A DNA stretch of 19,748 nt from positions 1 to 19,748 of the forward strand of contig NW_021824185.1 in assembly GCF_006345805.1 (NCBI RefSeq), read 5' to 3'. Of the stretch, positions 1 through 9,674 are shown in pieces. The notes beneath the pieces were generated by a model. That model did no database searches and was not told the DNA's origin. It saw nothing but the letters and a program-made list of their open reading frames with translations. Source of the stretch: Octopus sinensis (Eukaryota). A program made the position numbers and the translations under genes. The stretch's first letter is position 1; every line of letters starts with the position of its first letter.

Positions 1-289
1 CTCTCTGTATATCTTCTTTCTTACGCTCTCTCTCTCTCTCTCAGTCTCAGTCACTGCTTGTCTGTCTATCTGTCTGTCTGTCTCTGTCTCTCTCTCTCTC
101 GCCCGCTCGCTCGCTCGAGCTCTTTCTGAAGATACTTCTTCCTTTTAACTCCCAAAACACCTTATTTCGCTCTCATTGTATTCAACCATCACCTTAACAC
201 AGACAAAAACGTTCTTCGTCCCTTAATTTGTTTGTTTGTTTGTTTTTTCTCTCTTTCATTCTTCTTTCTTTCTTTCTTAGTTTCTTTTA

Positions 290-956
290 TCTTTATTGCC
301 CACAAGGGGCTAAACATAGAGGCTAAACTCAGAATGTAGCGGCAGAGGAAATACCTATTTCTTTTCTACCTACAAGGGGCTAAACACAGACGGGACAAAC
401 AAGGACAGACAAACGGATTAAGTCGATTATATCGACCCCAGTACGTAACTGGTACTTAATTTATCGACTCTGACAGGCTGAAAGGCAAAGTAGACCTCGG
501 CGGAATTTGAACTCAGAACGTAGCGGCAGACGAAATGCCTATTTCTTTACTACCCACAAGGGGTTAAAGACAGTGGAGACAAACAAGGACAGAAAGACGG
601 ATTAAGTCGATTATATCGACCCCAGTGCGTAACTGGTACTTATTTAATCGATCCGAAAGGATGAAAGGCAAAAATCGACCTCGGCGGAATTTGAACTCAA
701 AACTTAACGGCAGGCGAAATACCTATTTCTTTATTACCCACAAGGGGTTAAACACAGAGGGGACAAACAAGGACAGACATAGGTATTAAATCGATTACAT
801 CGACCCCAGTGCCTAACTGGTACTTAATTTATCGACCCCGAAAGGATGAAAGGCAAAGTCGACCTCGGCGGAATTTGAACTCAGAACGTAACGGCAGACG
901 AAATACCGCTAAGCATTTCGCCCGGCGTGCTAACGTTTCTGCCAGCTCGCCGCCTT
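290..956 (-). mobile_element. Tandem array of a tRNA-derived SINE (Meta-domain-like body): one full copy (724-956), two 184-bp head-less units (356-539, 540-723) and an internally deleted unit (~290-355)
   Basis: The minus strand reads an A-box-like GGCGAGCTGGCAGAAA, B box GAGTTCAAATTCC, body GCCTTTCATCCTTTCGGGGTCGATAAATTAAGTACCAG and tail CCCCTTGTGGG..AAAGAAATA. The same family occurs at 7891-8034 and 14088-14306. The Meta-domain label is from memory, not a database search. Confidence 0.9.
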
Positions 957-1973
957 TGTTTCTTAGTTTCTATCTTTCTTTCTTTCAGCCTATCTGTCTT
1001 TCTTCATTCTTTCTTTCTTTCTTTCTCACTCCCACTCTCATTTTCTTGACTGTGTGTGTGCATGTGTATGTATATTTGCATGTTTGAATATGTATATATA
1101 TGTATATACGAGTGTATATGTATATATATTTATGTATCAAGTATATATATGTCTGTGCTTGTACCTATGTGTATGTGTGTGTAGGTGTGTGTGCGTGTGC
1201 GCGCGTATGTGTATGCTTGTGTGCGTGTGCCTGTACATACAGGCACATATACACCAACCCATGATACATACACGTAGATTATATGTATATGTATCATAAG
1301 TTAATATATATTCATATGTACGTATATAATATATATATGTGTGTGTGTGTGTGTACACACGTGTATATACATACACACATACAAAACATATATGTATATA
1401 TGTATGTATGTATTGTATGTATGTATGTATGTATGTATGTATGTATGTATGTATAGTGTACGATTCTCTCACATACACACATACACGTACACTAAGTGAT
1501 GCGTTCAAATTTTCAAGATAGCTTCATAATCATGCATATTCTAATCTTCACAGTTTCTCTTTCACGCTCAATTACTTAAACATGCTTCCACTCAACCTCT
1601 GTATCTCTACCTCTCTCCCTTAATCTCCATAATACCCATCGTCTCTCTCTCATTAGCAACATATCTTTCTCATTCTTTCTACAAGAGTGCCTCTTAATTA
1701 AGACATCGAAAGTATATAGCAAAAAAATATATAAAACAATATATTTAAAATAAGATAAATACGAAAAGCAACACGTCTGAACTTATAATGTACGTTACCA
1801 CCGTTTCTGCACTCACAGTCTTTAGGCTCTGATTCTCTTTAAATTGTATAGAAAAATAGTTCTCAAAAAAAGAAAAAAAAAACGCGTGGAGATAAGCAAG
1901 ACTTGAAGTTTGTGGATACAAAACTGGTGGCAGTATTACATCATAACGCTTCACCTTGCACTCCACACGCCTA

Positions 1974-2044
<71 letters not shown>

Positions 2045-2058
2045 TTATCTATCTATCT
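1974..2058. repeat. (TATC)n microsatellite, left flank of foldback element 1
   Basis: Direct reading of the sequence; a second (TATC)n tract lies at ~2543-2634. Confidence 0.97.
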
Positions 2059-2091
2059 AATCAAATTAAGCAACAAGGATATCCAGAGGTA

Positions 2092-2180
2092 ATGCAGTAC
2101 GATCGTTTCATGCAACTCCATTTAATTGAACAATGCAATCATTACATCAATTTAAAATGCACAGCAATCTTCAGCTGCAC
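2092..2180 (-). ncRNA. Type I hammerhead ribozyme motif (left arm of palindrome 1)
   Basis: Mirror copy of 2313-2401: GTGCAG-CTGAAGA-(long stem II)-GAAA-CGATCG-TA-CTGCAT on the minus strand. Core, stem I and stem III are identical between the two arms. Confidence 0.62.
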
Positions 2181-2312
2181 AAAGACATAGAATCTAATTA
2201 ACTTAGAAAAGATGGACGCATTAGTATAATTATACCTAAAATCTCCAATAATTTAAGGAGATAGACAAAGAATGTGTTCATCTGTTCTAGTTTGATTAAA
2301 GTCTATGTCTTT

Positions 2313-2401
2313 GTGCAGCTGAAGATTGCTCTGCATTTTAAACTGATGTAATGATTGCATTGTTCAATTAAAGGGAGTTGCATGAAACGATCGTACTGCA
2401 T
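2313..2401 (+). ncRNA. Type I hammerhead ribozyme motif (right arm of palindrome 1)
   Basis: Stem I GTGCAG (2313-2318)/CTGCAT (2396-2401); core CTGAAGA 2319-2325; GAAA 2384-2387; self-complementary stem III ACGATCGT; GUA cleavage triplet 2393-2395. Stem II is long and irregular, closed by TGC/GCA with a non-canonical U.U next to the core. Confidence 0.65.
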
Positions 2402-2552
2402 TATCTCTGGATATTCTTGTTGCTTATTTTGATTTAAACACCTTACTTTGAATTTGTATGAATAATAACATACTAAATTCTGGTGCCTCAAATTAAGTAC
2501 CATATTCATCTGAATCTAAATTTTTGATGAACTCATCTCCCATATCTATCTG

Positions 2553-2632
<80 letters not shown>

Positions 2633-2636
<4 letters not shown>

Positions 2637-2764
2637 AACTTTTAACGACTGGTAGTCATTCCACTGGTCTCTTTGCCGAACTACTATGTTGCGGAGACGT
2701 GAGCACACCAAGACTGGTTGTCGAACAGTGGTGGAGGACAACATAAACACACACACAAGGACAT

Positions 2765-2801
<37 letters not shown>

Positions 2802-3040
2802 GTTAATCCAAACATGAAAACACAAAGAGAAAACACAACAACGCGAGGACGTGGAACAAGTATAGTATTACTGGACGCTCAGGAAAGAAGGAGTTTCCGT
2901 TTACCAAATTCACTGACAAAGCTTTGGTGGGCTCAAGGCTTTAGCAGCGGACACATGACCAAGGTGCCACGCAGTGGGATTGATCCCGGGGCCATGTGGT
3001 TTTGAAGCAAGCTTCTTCCTACACAGCCACGCCCACGCCT
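2633..3040 (-). mobile_element. tRNA-derived CORE-type SINE with internal microsatellite, interrupted by a nested insertion at 2802-2891
   Basis: Minus-strand head AGGCGTGGGCGTGGCTGTG..CCACATGGCCCCGGGATCAATCCCACTGCGTGGCACCTTGGTCATGTG (CORE-like CCTTGGGCAAGT). Homologous to 6136-6528. Confidence 0.8.
2802..2891 (-). mobile_element. Fragment of a (TA)n-associated, probably Penelope-like element (same family as 16801-16922), lacking the hammerhead part
   Basis: Shares TTAATCCAAAC, GAAAACA, ACAACAAC, TGGAACAA, AGTATTA and CGCTCAGGAAA in the same order with 16801-16880. Both copies start directly after (TA)n. Confidence 0.65.
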
Positions 3041-3188
3041 ATATTTATATATATATATATATATATATGGATACATATATATCTGCGTCTGTATGTGTGT
3101 GTTTACATAGATGCATATAAACGTACATACACACACACATAGATAAATTGATAGATAGATATATAGATTGATAAATAGATAGACAGAC

Positions 3189-3240
<52 letters not shown>

Positions 3241-3689
3241 TACATATATATAGATAGATAGACACAGGCATACACATTTGCATGCATATTCATACACCTA
3301 CTCGCATAAACTGTGCGCGAGCGCATGCGTGTTCAACATTCTTCATACTTCTCATTCCTTTGCTATCGACTTTCACCCACTCTCTTCTCCGTCTCTCTCC
3401 CTCCTTCTGTCTGTCTGTCTGTTTCTCTCTCTCTCTTTCTGACTTTCCAATGATACCCCACCTCTACTTCCAACACAAGACACTGGCCATAAATTAGAGG
3501 CCTCTTAACATTGTTAAGTCAGATGGAGTATCCGGGCGTTAGGGAGAATTCAAGTGGTTACCGTTTGTTTTTACACTGTACCAAGTAAGATCTTTATTTT
3601 TCTCTCATAAACAACCTGAAAACATGATAGGTGGCGGGCTCTAGTGGCGCTGGGAAATGGAGAGCGTTAGGAGATACACGGTAGAAATG

Positions 3690-4260
3690 TTCACAGAGGT
3701 GGTGGTAGTATGGGGGTAGTGGTATAATGGTGGTGGTGGCGGTAGTGGCGTTGGTGTTGTTGATGGTTATGGTGGTGGTGGTTTTGTGGTGGTGGTGGTG
3801 ATGGTTGGTGGTGAGGGTGGAGTGGTATGGTGGTGATGGTGGTGGTGGTGGTGGTAGTTATGGTGGTAGTGGTGGCAGTTGTAGTAGTGGTAAGGGTTGA
3901 CGCGGTGGTTATGGTGGTGGTGGAAGTAGTTATGGTAATGGTGGCGGTTGTAGTAGTGGTAAGGGTTGTGGTGGTGGTGGTGGTGGTGGTTCATGTAGTT
4001 GTGGTAGTGGTGGTTTTCACGGTGGGGCTAGTGCTGGCTGTTGTCGTGTTGCTGTCGATGGTGGTGGTGGTAGTGGTTTTAGTGGTGGTAGTTGTAGTGG
4101 TCGATGTTGTGGTTGCGGTGGTGGTGGTAGTAGTGATGGAAGTAAGAAGAATGGTAGAGGAGATAGTGGTGGAGGTATTGGTAGTAGTGATGGCCCTGGT
4201 GGGAATTACGTTGGGATTGGTGAGTTTGTTAGTGTAGACGGTGAGGGTGGTCAAGAAGAA
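3690..4260. repeat. Degenerate (GGT/GTG)n trinucleotide array with an internal 69-bp duplication
   Basis: GTTGTAGTAGTGGTAAGGGTTG occurs at 3878-3899 and 3947-3968. The array produces Val-, Thr-, His- and Gly-rich ORFs in several frames. Confidence 0.9.
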
Positions 4261-4599
4261 AATTTCTCATAAACAAACATACAAGCAAACAAACAAATAA
4301 ATAAAAAGTAATAATTTCTTTAAATGGTTGAGAGAGAGAGGTGTGGGGGGGGGGCTATGACGAGAGTGGAATATGAAAGAGAGAGAAAAGAGAGAGAGAG
4401 AGAGAAGAGAGAGTGTAAGATGTTAAGAAGTTGTTTCACAAAGAAAGAAAGAAAAGTGATGGACGTATTTTTTGTTAGAAGGAAAGAAATTGGGTAAAGA
4501 AAGAAAGGAAAGAAATCGAAGGAATTCATTGGGATCGAGTGAGATTTTTTGAGGTTTACACATACACAGTATGAATTCAGGAATGATCAGTGAGAAGGG

Positions 4600-4632
4600 A
4601 GATAGATAGATAGATAGATAGCTAGATAGATG

Positions 4633-4693
<61 letters not shown>

Positions 4694-5061
4694 GTTTCTT
4701 TATTGGCCACACAGGGCTGCACACAGATTGGACAAGTTACAAGGCAGAGCTTTTCTTTTGGGGGGATGAAAATAAAACAAAAGACAAAAAACAAAGAAGC
4801 AGAAAAAAAGAAAGGTGGTGTAGGTTTTCGATCAAAAGGATCGTAAAAGAGAAAAAAGAACAAAAAAAGAAAAGAAAAAAAGAAAAAAAGATAGATAGAT
4901 AGATAGATAGATAAATAGATAGAGAGAGAGAGAGAGAGAGGGGGGGAGAGACAGATAGACTTTTAAATTGAAGGACAGACAAAGGTAGAGCGAAGGTGCC
5001 GAACGGAGAGCAAGATATCGAAAAGAAAAGCAGTAATAGAAAAGTAGGTAAGAGAGAAAGA

Positions 5062-5101
<40 letters not shown>

Positions 5102-5400
5102 AAGAAGGAGGAAGAGGGGGATAAAGAGTGGAAGGGAGAGAGAGAGAAGGGGAGAAAGTGTGAGAGGGAGAAAGAAGGGGAGAGAGAGAGAGAGAGGGAT
5201 GTAGAGAAATGGTGAGAAAGTGATTGAGAAAACTTGAAGAAAGAAGTAGAAGAAAGAAAGGAGATTAACTGAGAGAAAGAGAGAGGGAGAGAGAGGGAAG
5301 GAGGGAGAGAGTGATGGAGGGGGAGAGAGTGAGAGAGAGAGTAGGAGACAGAGAGTAGAAGCGAGAGAGCACGGTAGAGAAATTAAGATGAAAGAATGAA
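4600..5400. repeat. (GATA)n, (GA)n and polypurine low-complexity block
   Basis: Direct reading; explains the S/L/F-rich minus-strand ORFs, including 4832..5542. Confidence 0.9.
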
Positions 5401-6027
5401 AGAGTGTGGTGGAAAGTATATATATATATATATATATATACATACATACATACATACATACACATATATACATGTTTACATACACATAAATATAGAGGTA
5501 AAGCGGCTGACGGAGATACAGCCATGTTGGAATTCCCAACACGGCTGCCTTTGATTATAATTGACGTTCTCATTAATCTATTTCTTTGCTATATCTGCTC
5601 TTTTTCTACTTATTTTTATTGATTCTTTATATACACACTTCTCCCCACCTATCGCAATCCAACCTCTTCTCTCAATTGTTTGTCTCTATGAGTTTGTCTC
5701 TTAACCCTCAAATCTACATTACGTGTGAAACTCAAGAATATTATTCCAAGAATTTACAAGTGCTTGCTTTCATTTTTCGCTTTCTGCTTGTCTGCTTGAC
5801 TCCTTCCGTCGTCTGTTTCCAGTTTAGAAGAACGTGTTAAACTCTACCCTTGAAGACAATCAAAATTCCATTATTTCCTACTTAGGTTACAGAATTATTT
5901 TAAAGGAGATTCTGAAGTGGACACAAGTAAAGCGAAACCAAAACCAAGTCTGTTTTGTCTGTAATGTAACTCATTTTCACAAGCGAAGACGGGGAATACT
6001 TATATATATATATATATATATGCGTGC

Positions 6028-6066
<39 letters not shown>

Positions 6067-6096
6067 CGTGTTTGTGTGTGTGTGTATATATATATA

Positions 6097-6134
<38 letters not shown>

Positions 6135-6135
6135 A

Positions 6136-6528
6136 ATTCTTGACTTATCTCAGTGTTAAATGACGGCTATGCGGTGGCACCGCCTTAAATCCTTTTGAGC
6201 CGCACGAATCGACCCCCACTAATTTCTTAAAGTCTGGTATTTATTCTATGAATCAGTTTTGCCCCGCTAAGTCACGGGGAGTTAAACGCACTCTCGCCTC
6301 TCCACAAGTGGTGAAGAGGGAAAACAAAAACGCACACACACACACACGCAAACAAAAAACAAACAAAGAAAGGGGTCCTTCCAGTTTCTGTCTAACAGAT
6401 ACACTCACAAGTTTTGGTCGGCCCGTTGCTATAGTAGACGATACTTGCCCAAGGTTCCACGCAGTGGGAGTGAGCCTGGAACCATGTGGTTGGGAAGTAA
6501 GTTTTTTACCACAGTCACACCTGCGCCT
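6136..6528 (-). mobile_element. Near full-length tRNA-derived CORE-type SINE
   Basis: Minus-strand head AGGCGCAGGTGTGACTGTGG..CCACATGGTTCCAGGCTCACTCCCACTGCGTGGAACCTTGGGCAAGT, then a central (CA)-rich tract and a 3' tail GGCGGTGCCACCGCATAGCCGTCA. Confidence 0.85.
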
Positions 6529-6551
6529 ATACATACATACATACATACATA

Positions 6552-6605
<54 letters not shown>

Positions 6606-6648
6606 CATACATACATACATATATATATTATATATATATATATATATA

Positions 6649-6936
6649 TCATCACGTGACCGACCAGACCATCAGATGTTACACATCGCTGGTCACAATG
6701 CGTTCGCATTATTTTACCCTTCGAACGACGCCACCCCGCTAGCTAAGTGAGCAGGCCAACAGAAGAAAGAGAGAAAGAGTAGTGAAAGAGTACAGCAGGG
6801 ATCACCACTCCCTGCCGGAGCCTCGTGGTGCTTTTTAGGTGTTTTTCGCTCAATAAACACATACAACGCCCGGTCTGGGAATCGAAACCGCGAACCTACG
6901 ACTGCGTGTCCGCTGCCCTAACCACTGTTGCGCCTC

Positions 6937-6938
<2 letters not shown>
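6649..6938 (-). mobile_element. tRNA-derived SINE, family 3, tail type A
   Basis: Head TGGAGGCGCAACAGTGGTTAGGGCAGCGGAC..GGTTTCGATTCCC (A/B boxes) and body GAGGCTCCGGCAGGG..TACTCTTTC; tail GTGACCAGCGATGTGTAACATCTGATGGTCTGGTCGGTCACGTGA. Confidence 0.85.
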
Positions 6939-6967
<29 letters not shown>

Positions 6968-6976
6968 CTATATATA

Positions 6977-7191
6977 GGGGATATTCAGCGTGGCACACAA
7001 AGTGACAAGGCCGACCCTTTGAAACAACAGAGACAGGAAGTAAGAGTGAGAGAAAGTTGTGGTGAAAGAGTATAGCACCACCATCCCTGCCGGAGCCTCG
7101 TGGAGCTTTAGGTGTTTTCGCCAATAAACACTCACAATGCCCGGTCTGGGAATCGAAACCGCGATCCTAACCACTGGGCCATTGCGCCTCC
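6977..7191 (-). mobile_element. tRNA-derived SINE, family 3, tail type B
   Basis: Same head and body as 6649-6938 but a different tail (TTCAAAGGGTCGGCCTTGTCACTTTGTGTGCCACGCTGAATATCCCC). Confidence 0.85.
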
Positions 7192-7366
7192 TATATATAT
7201 ATATATATATTATATATATATACAGAGAGAGAGAGAGGCAGAGAGAGAGAGATACACACACACATATATACACACACACACATGTATATACATATACATA
7301 TATATATATATGCACAAACACACACACGTCCACATTCACACACATATATTGTGCGCATCTTACGTC

Positions 7367-7750
7367 ATTGAGAATTTTTAAATCTTATTTCTAGCTATGT
7401 AAGTGTTTCGAGATTCTGCATCAAATTTAGTGGCGATGAAATTTTCCCTTTAGGTATTATATCGCGCCGCCTAACCTTTTATATTAATTCTTACCATACG
7501 CATTAACATTTCGCTAAACATCAGCATAAATTTTATATGATATATATATATAGATGAATACATGATGATGTAAACACCATTGCCGTGAGTAGTCACTACT
7601 GATGATGCCTACAAAATAGGCGAAACTATTCTAGTCTAGTGATTCTAGACACGGTCATGGGACGGTTACCTTCCCTGTCAATGTATATATACTACTGTCT
7701 TCTTAGAGCATTAAGAGTTAAGTCTTATTTCTAGCAATGTAGGTGCTTCG
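7367..7750 (+). mobile_element. Retrozyme-like or Penelope pLTR-like ~340-bp unit with terminal direct repeat and central hammerhead
   Basis: TCTTATTTCTAGC(T/A)ATGTA(A/G)GTG(T/C)TTCG occurs at 7383-7410 and 7723-7750 (25/28 identical, 340-bp spacing), flanking the hammerhead at 7577-7660. Confidence 0.55.
7577..7660 (+). ncRNA. Complete type I hammerhead ribozyme with extended stem I
   Basis: Stem I proximal AGTCACTA (7591-7598)/TAGTGATT (7637-7644); core CTGATGA 7599-7605 plus extra T7606; stem II GCCTA-CAAAA-TAGGC 7607-7621; GAAA 7622-7625; stem III (A)CTA-TTC-TAG(T); GUC triplet with predicted cleavage after 7636. A 3x5 internal loop leads to a distal helix CCATTGCCGTG (7577-7587)/CACGGTCATGG (7650-7660). 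Confidence 0.9.
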
Positions 7751-7783
7751 GCTCCCTTAGTCACATTTAGTCACGATTATATA

Positions 7784-7823
<40 letters not shown>

Positions 7824-7838
7824 TATATATATATGTTG

Positions 7839-7869
<31 letters not shown>

Positions 7870-7890
7870 TACATATATATATATATATAT

Positions 7891-8034
7891 ATTTCTTTAC
7901 TGCCCACAAGGGGCTAAACATAGAGGGGACAACAAGAACAGACAAACGGATTAAGTCGATTACATCGACTCCAGTGCGAAACTGGTACTTTATTTAATCG
8001 ACCCCCAAAAGGATGAAAGGCAAAGTCGACTTCG
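7891..8034 (-). mobile_element. 5'-truncated copy of the Meta-domain-like SINE
   Basis: Matches the tail and body of the 290-956 units; ends at CAAAGTCGACTTCG in a (TA)n tract. Confidence 0.9.
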
Positions 8035-8077
8035 TATGTACATATATATGTGTGTATATATATACATACATATATAA

Positions 8078-8138
<61 letters not shown>

Positions 8139-8149
8139 TATATATATAC

Positions 8150-8190
<41 letters not shown>

Positions 8191-9405
8191 TACATATATA
8201 TATGTGCAATCCTTAAAGTTAGAGTGCTCTTGTTTTAGGATCTTGGAATCAGGTTCGAGCATTATTATCGAGTATTATTATATTTAAGGAGATTCTAAAG
8301 TGCGAACGAAACGAAATGTTATCCTCAACGTAATTAATTTTAGAAAATGATATTTAGGAAACTAGAATAAAACGAGAAAAGCAATAAATCTCTGACTATT
8401 ACAAGAGCCGTGGGAATGTAAGCGTTGTTGTTGTTGTTTGATTCGGATCAGTCTTCATCTAGGATATTTATGGTTGAAAATGCTTGTTCTTGCCATGGCC
8501 ATCTCTCTTGTCTATCCAGAGTGTCTAGGACTACATTATCTCATGCTCCATCCCGATTTTTAGACTTTAATAAAGCGTGATTTCAATGACGTTTAGATTC
8601 TGTTTCTAAAAGGCTGTGCAATTATATAGGGTGTAGAGCACTGTCCTTGTTTTGTCCTTTTTATATTCATGACGTTAGTGTATGATTTGAGGCAGATTTC
8701 GCTGATATTTCTAGCAATCAATCAATCGCTTAGAACTTAAACCGTTGACTTGTAAAGTAAGTGCAAACTTCCTCTGTGAGCAATATTCAGGAAGCGTGTG
8801 CATCTATTGTGATGGAAGTGTTGGATCAAATGAATGGTCCTCATTATATTAAAGGTACTTACAAATCCAATGAAGGGTGCTTCTACGTGGTTGTTCCATG
8901 TAATAGGAATGTCTCTAAAGAAGTTTCCTGTTATCACACCTTGTCTTAAAAACAGCGACGTTCAACAATATTGTCTTAGATGATAGAAAAGACAGGATAC
9001 TTGTGGCTTGCATGCCTTTGGTTATAGTTCTGCTCGTTTGGGTATAAAATCCAAACTGATCAACAGATCACCGGTTCGTACCTTCTCACCAATACTGTGT
9101 TGTATTCTTTTATTCGTGTGTTCTTTCAAGAGAGGCTCTGTTGGTTTTAATTGCGTAATAATAGGAAGAAAGCAGAGCTCATGGACTCTTGGAAGGGATA
9201 TCCGAGATTACAGATTATAGCTAAGATAAACTATATCCCTGATTATGCACTGCTGAACTCAGGGTGCGTTTATTATGCCATTGTGTCTTTTCTGCTTCAA
9301 ATACGATAATTTTCCGGAAAAGATGGTGAGTAACACGTCTTGATTGCTAGTTCCTCGATGCTTTTAAAACACATTGAAACATTTTCTTCCACACGTGTGA
9401 ATATC

Positions 9406-9452
9406 GTTCTCTGATGAGAGATGCCATACTTCAACTCGAAATGTGTTCATAA
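9406..9452 (+). ncRNA. Decayed hammerhead-like motif (Penelope type)
   Basis: CTGATGA (9411-9417), GAG..CTC stem II (9418-9420/9435-9437), GAAA (9438-9441), then TGTGTTC, which could be a CpG-decayed CGCGTC palindromic stem III. Stem I is poorly paired. Confidence 0.45.
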
Positions 9453-9674
9453 AACATCTATAATGGTAAATGACTTATAAGTCCTCAAAATACTCCTCCA
9501 ATCGCTGACATGCATCAAAAATTTAAAATTCAGAACAAAGACACACAAGAGAGAGAAAAAAATATAACGATGACAGCAAAAACTGTAACAATAAAGGCAC
9601 GGAATACTGCTGCTGTATCTTTTACAAAAACTACAAGTTTGCACAGAATTTGCTTAACATATACTTGACACAGA

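Larger units (their letters stand above)
2059..2542. mobile_element. Foldback (inverted-duplicated) hammerhead-bearing element 1, probably Penelope-like/non-autonomous, embedded in (TATC)n
   Basis: Arms 2059-2191 and 2302-2434 are inverted repeats (133 nt, 6 mismatches, no indels), with weaker symmetry continuing inward. The right arm continues as a ~108-nt unique tail to ~2542. Both outer flanks are (TATC)n. Confidence 0.7.

Noticed and set aside
809-1521. ORFs 809..1087, 1054..1299, 1137..1508, 1339..1521 and similar IYIY/CVCV/HTHT/LSIY ORFs throughout
   Set aside because: Translations of SINE sequence and microsatellites; the same peptide (NWYLIYRPRKDERQSRPRR) recurs at 14038..14376 simply because it is the same SINE.
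1903-2509. Near-identical peptides in ORFs 1903..2190 (+) and 2303..2509 (-), and in 19145..19393 (-) and 19179..19427 (+)
   Set aside because: A consequence of the palindromes, not duplicated genes.
3519-3590. Possible small exon with donor CAA|GTAAGA
   Set aside because: No convincing acceptor and no recognisable peptide in any frame.
5519-5547. Hairpin CAGCCATGTTGG-AATTC-CCAACACGGCTG (11 of 12 bp) preceded by CTGACGG
   Set aside because: Roughly chance-level for 20 kb, and there is no GAAA or stem III, so not a hammerhead.
5823-5853. Strong acceptor (TGTTTCCAG) followed by LEERVKLYP-stop
   Set aside because: Too short, with no supporting exons or homology recognisable.
8440-9055. Two diverged, possibly inverted copies of a recalled octopod repeat (8440-8720, 8940-9055) and a CIYCDGSVG peptide (RNase H- or GIY-YIG-like)
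   Set aside because: Similarity is too weak to align confidently by eye; the peptide is ambiguous between domains.
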